Source: Tubulanus polymorphus (Eukaryota > Animalia > Nemertea). Taken from it: a DNA stretch of 64,000 nt. The stretch is taken from contig NC_134030.1 in NCBI RefSeq assembly GCF_964204645.1, positions 2,832,778 to 2,896,777 of the forward strand. The letters are read 5' to 3'. Both the position numbers and the translations under genes were made by a program. Shown here one piece after another: positions 62,738-64,000 of the stretch. Each line of letters opens with the position of its first letter. Position 1 is the stretch's first letter. The notes beneath the pieces are model-generated. The model searched no databases and had not been told where the DNA came from. It saw only the letters and a program-made list of their open reading frames with translations.

Positions 62738-64000
62738 GAGTATTAACCTACCCCAAACTGCCGTGCTTAACCTCTCCATATAACGACAAGCGATGCGACG
62801 CATTTTAGTATACGTGGACTTACTGTCCCAGCGACAAGCATATGTTCACCGGGCGACGTAGGCTGTTTGCTTATCGCGTCGTACATTGTACCGGCTAAAC
62901 ATACGCAACGTATATTTGACCACGGACGTATAAACTAGTTCACGATATGACGGGCGATGCCCTTTATTCATTAAGCCCAACGTCCACCTCGTAAACAGGA
63001 TACAGACATGTTTCCCTCACGTGCGTTTACGAGATTTCGGGGAAAACAACGTTTACGAGATCAAACACGTTTGATTCCGCGTGTTCATGTGCGTGTTGTG
63101 CGTTGGGCTTTTGGACGAGTGTAGTTTTCAGTTGCCGTTTGAGAATACATTAGTTATCCCGGATCGCAAACTCTATATCGACCGCACGCTATTATCAGGT
63201 TTACAGGATAAGATAGAGCGTATTTTCGTCGTAACGAACGCTTATTCCTGAATCGGCAGTACCAATCGAATCCGAAAGAGATTTGCCGAGTGCGATCAAA
63301 GAACTGAAATATTTCGACGAGTAAATTTTTGATTCCCACGGCTGCGAAATCAGAACTTTCACGAGAAAATCAGAAATTACTTTTCTTGCGTGTTGTAAAT
63401 GTTTTGTGCGCAGGTTTACATTACGTGTAGGTAATAATTACATACACGCGTCCAAGATACTTTTGAATCGTATAATCAAGAGATTTGTTATATCTTTAAT
63501 ACTTACGGGTCTCTCGTGTCCACACTGCCATCTTTATCTTGACACTATCCTGTAGACCTATCACTTATGTATATACCGTCATTCGGTCATTTATTATATG
63601 GAACGGCTATAGTAGTGACCAAAATGCTCATGTGTGTGCACACTTTTCACTTGTGCTGACGAGTGGTTCCCGTCTGGACAGGCCGAAAATCCACAAAGAA
63701 TCGTCCGGTAATAACAGGGCCATACGCTACCTTGATTTCGTGACGGTTTAAGAAACGTTAATTCGTCAAACAGTGACGTTGCTCACGACAAATAGAGGAA
63801 CAGTCCTTGTAGCGACACAAAAAGGCACTTTTTGAAATTCCATAAAAAATTCTTGTTTAAATTTCATTTCATTTCATTTTTGTTGTTCCACAAAAACATG
63901 TTTTGCACAGAACATTCATACATTTCATTTTAACAGTGGATAGTATTGTACAGCGAAGCAAATCGTTGACAAGTTTACGTAAAGAGACACATATACATGT

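Overview
AT-rich eukaryotic (metazoan, most likely invertebrate) genomic DNA with short GT-AG introns; nothing prokaryotic. Left to right: the 5' part of an AMP deaminase gene (-) head-to-head with cytosolic methionyl-tRNA synthetase (+, GST-like N-terminus, two WHEP domains); a possible small two-exon orphan gene (-); a NAB (EGR co-repressor) gene (+); an uncharacterised coiled-coil gene (+); three nearly identical GT31 beta-1,3-glycosyltransferase paralogues (one -, two +) around a single-pass, proline-rich membrane protein gene; a very young 7.6-kb Ty3/Gypsy-type LTR element (near-identical 1.27-kb LTRs, ATAT TSD, tRNA-Phe PBS, gag + protease, no RT/RNase H/IN); a GABA-B-related class C GPCR that appears to lack the Venus flytrap domain (GPR156-like); and a fourth, divergent GT31 gene (-). 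Introns and intergenic DNA hold several MITE families, a tRNA-derived SINE and many Penelope-type minimal hammerhead ribozyme motifs. Most unusual observations: (i) seven tRNA T-arm-like hairpins with compensatory base changes just behind the LTR element's PBS, which also read as a repetitive upstream ORF; (ii) an inverted pair of hammerhead motifs enclosing a 58-nt antisense copy of the adjacent glycosyltransferase exon; (iii) a textbook -1 frameshift signal leading into a very long acidic spacer before the protease. Exon boundaries were read by eye and no database searches were run.
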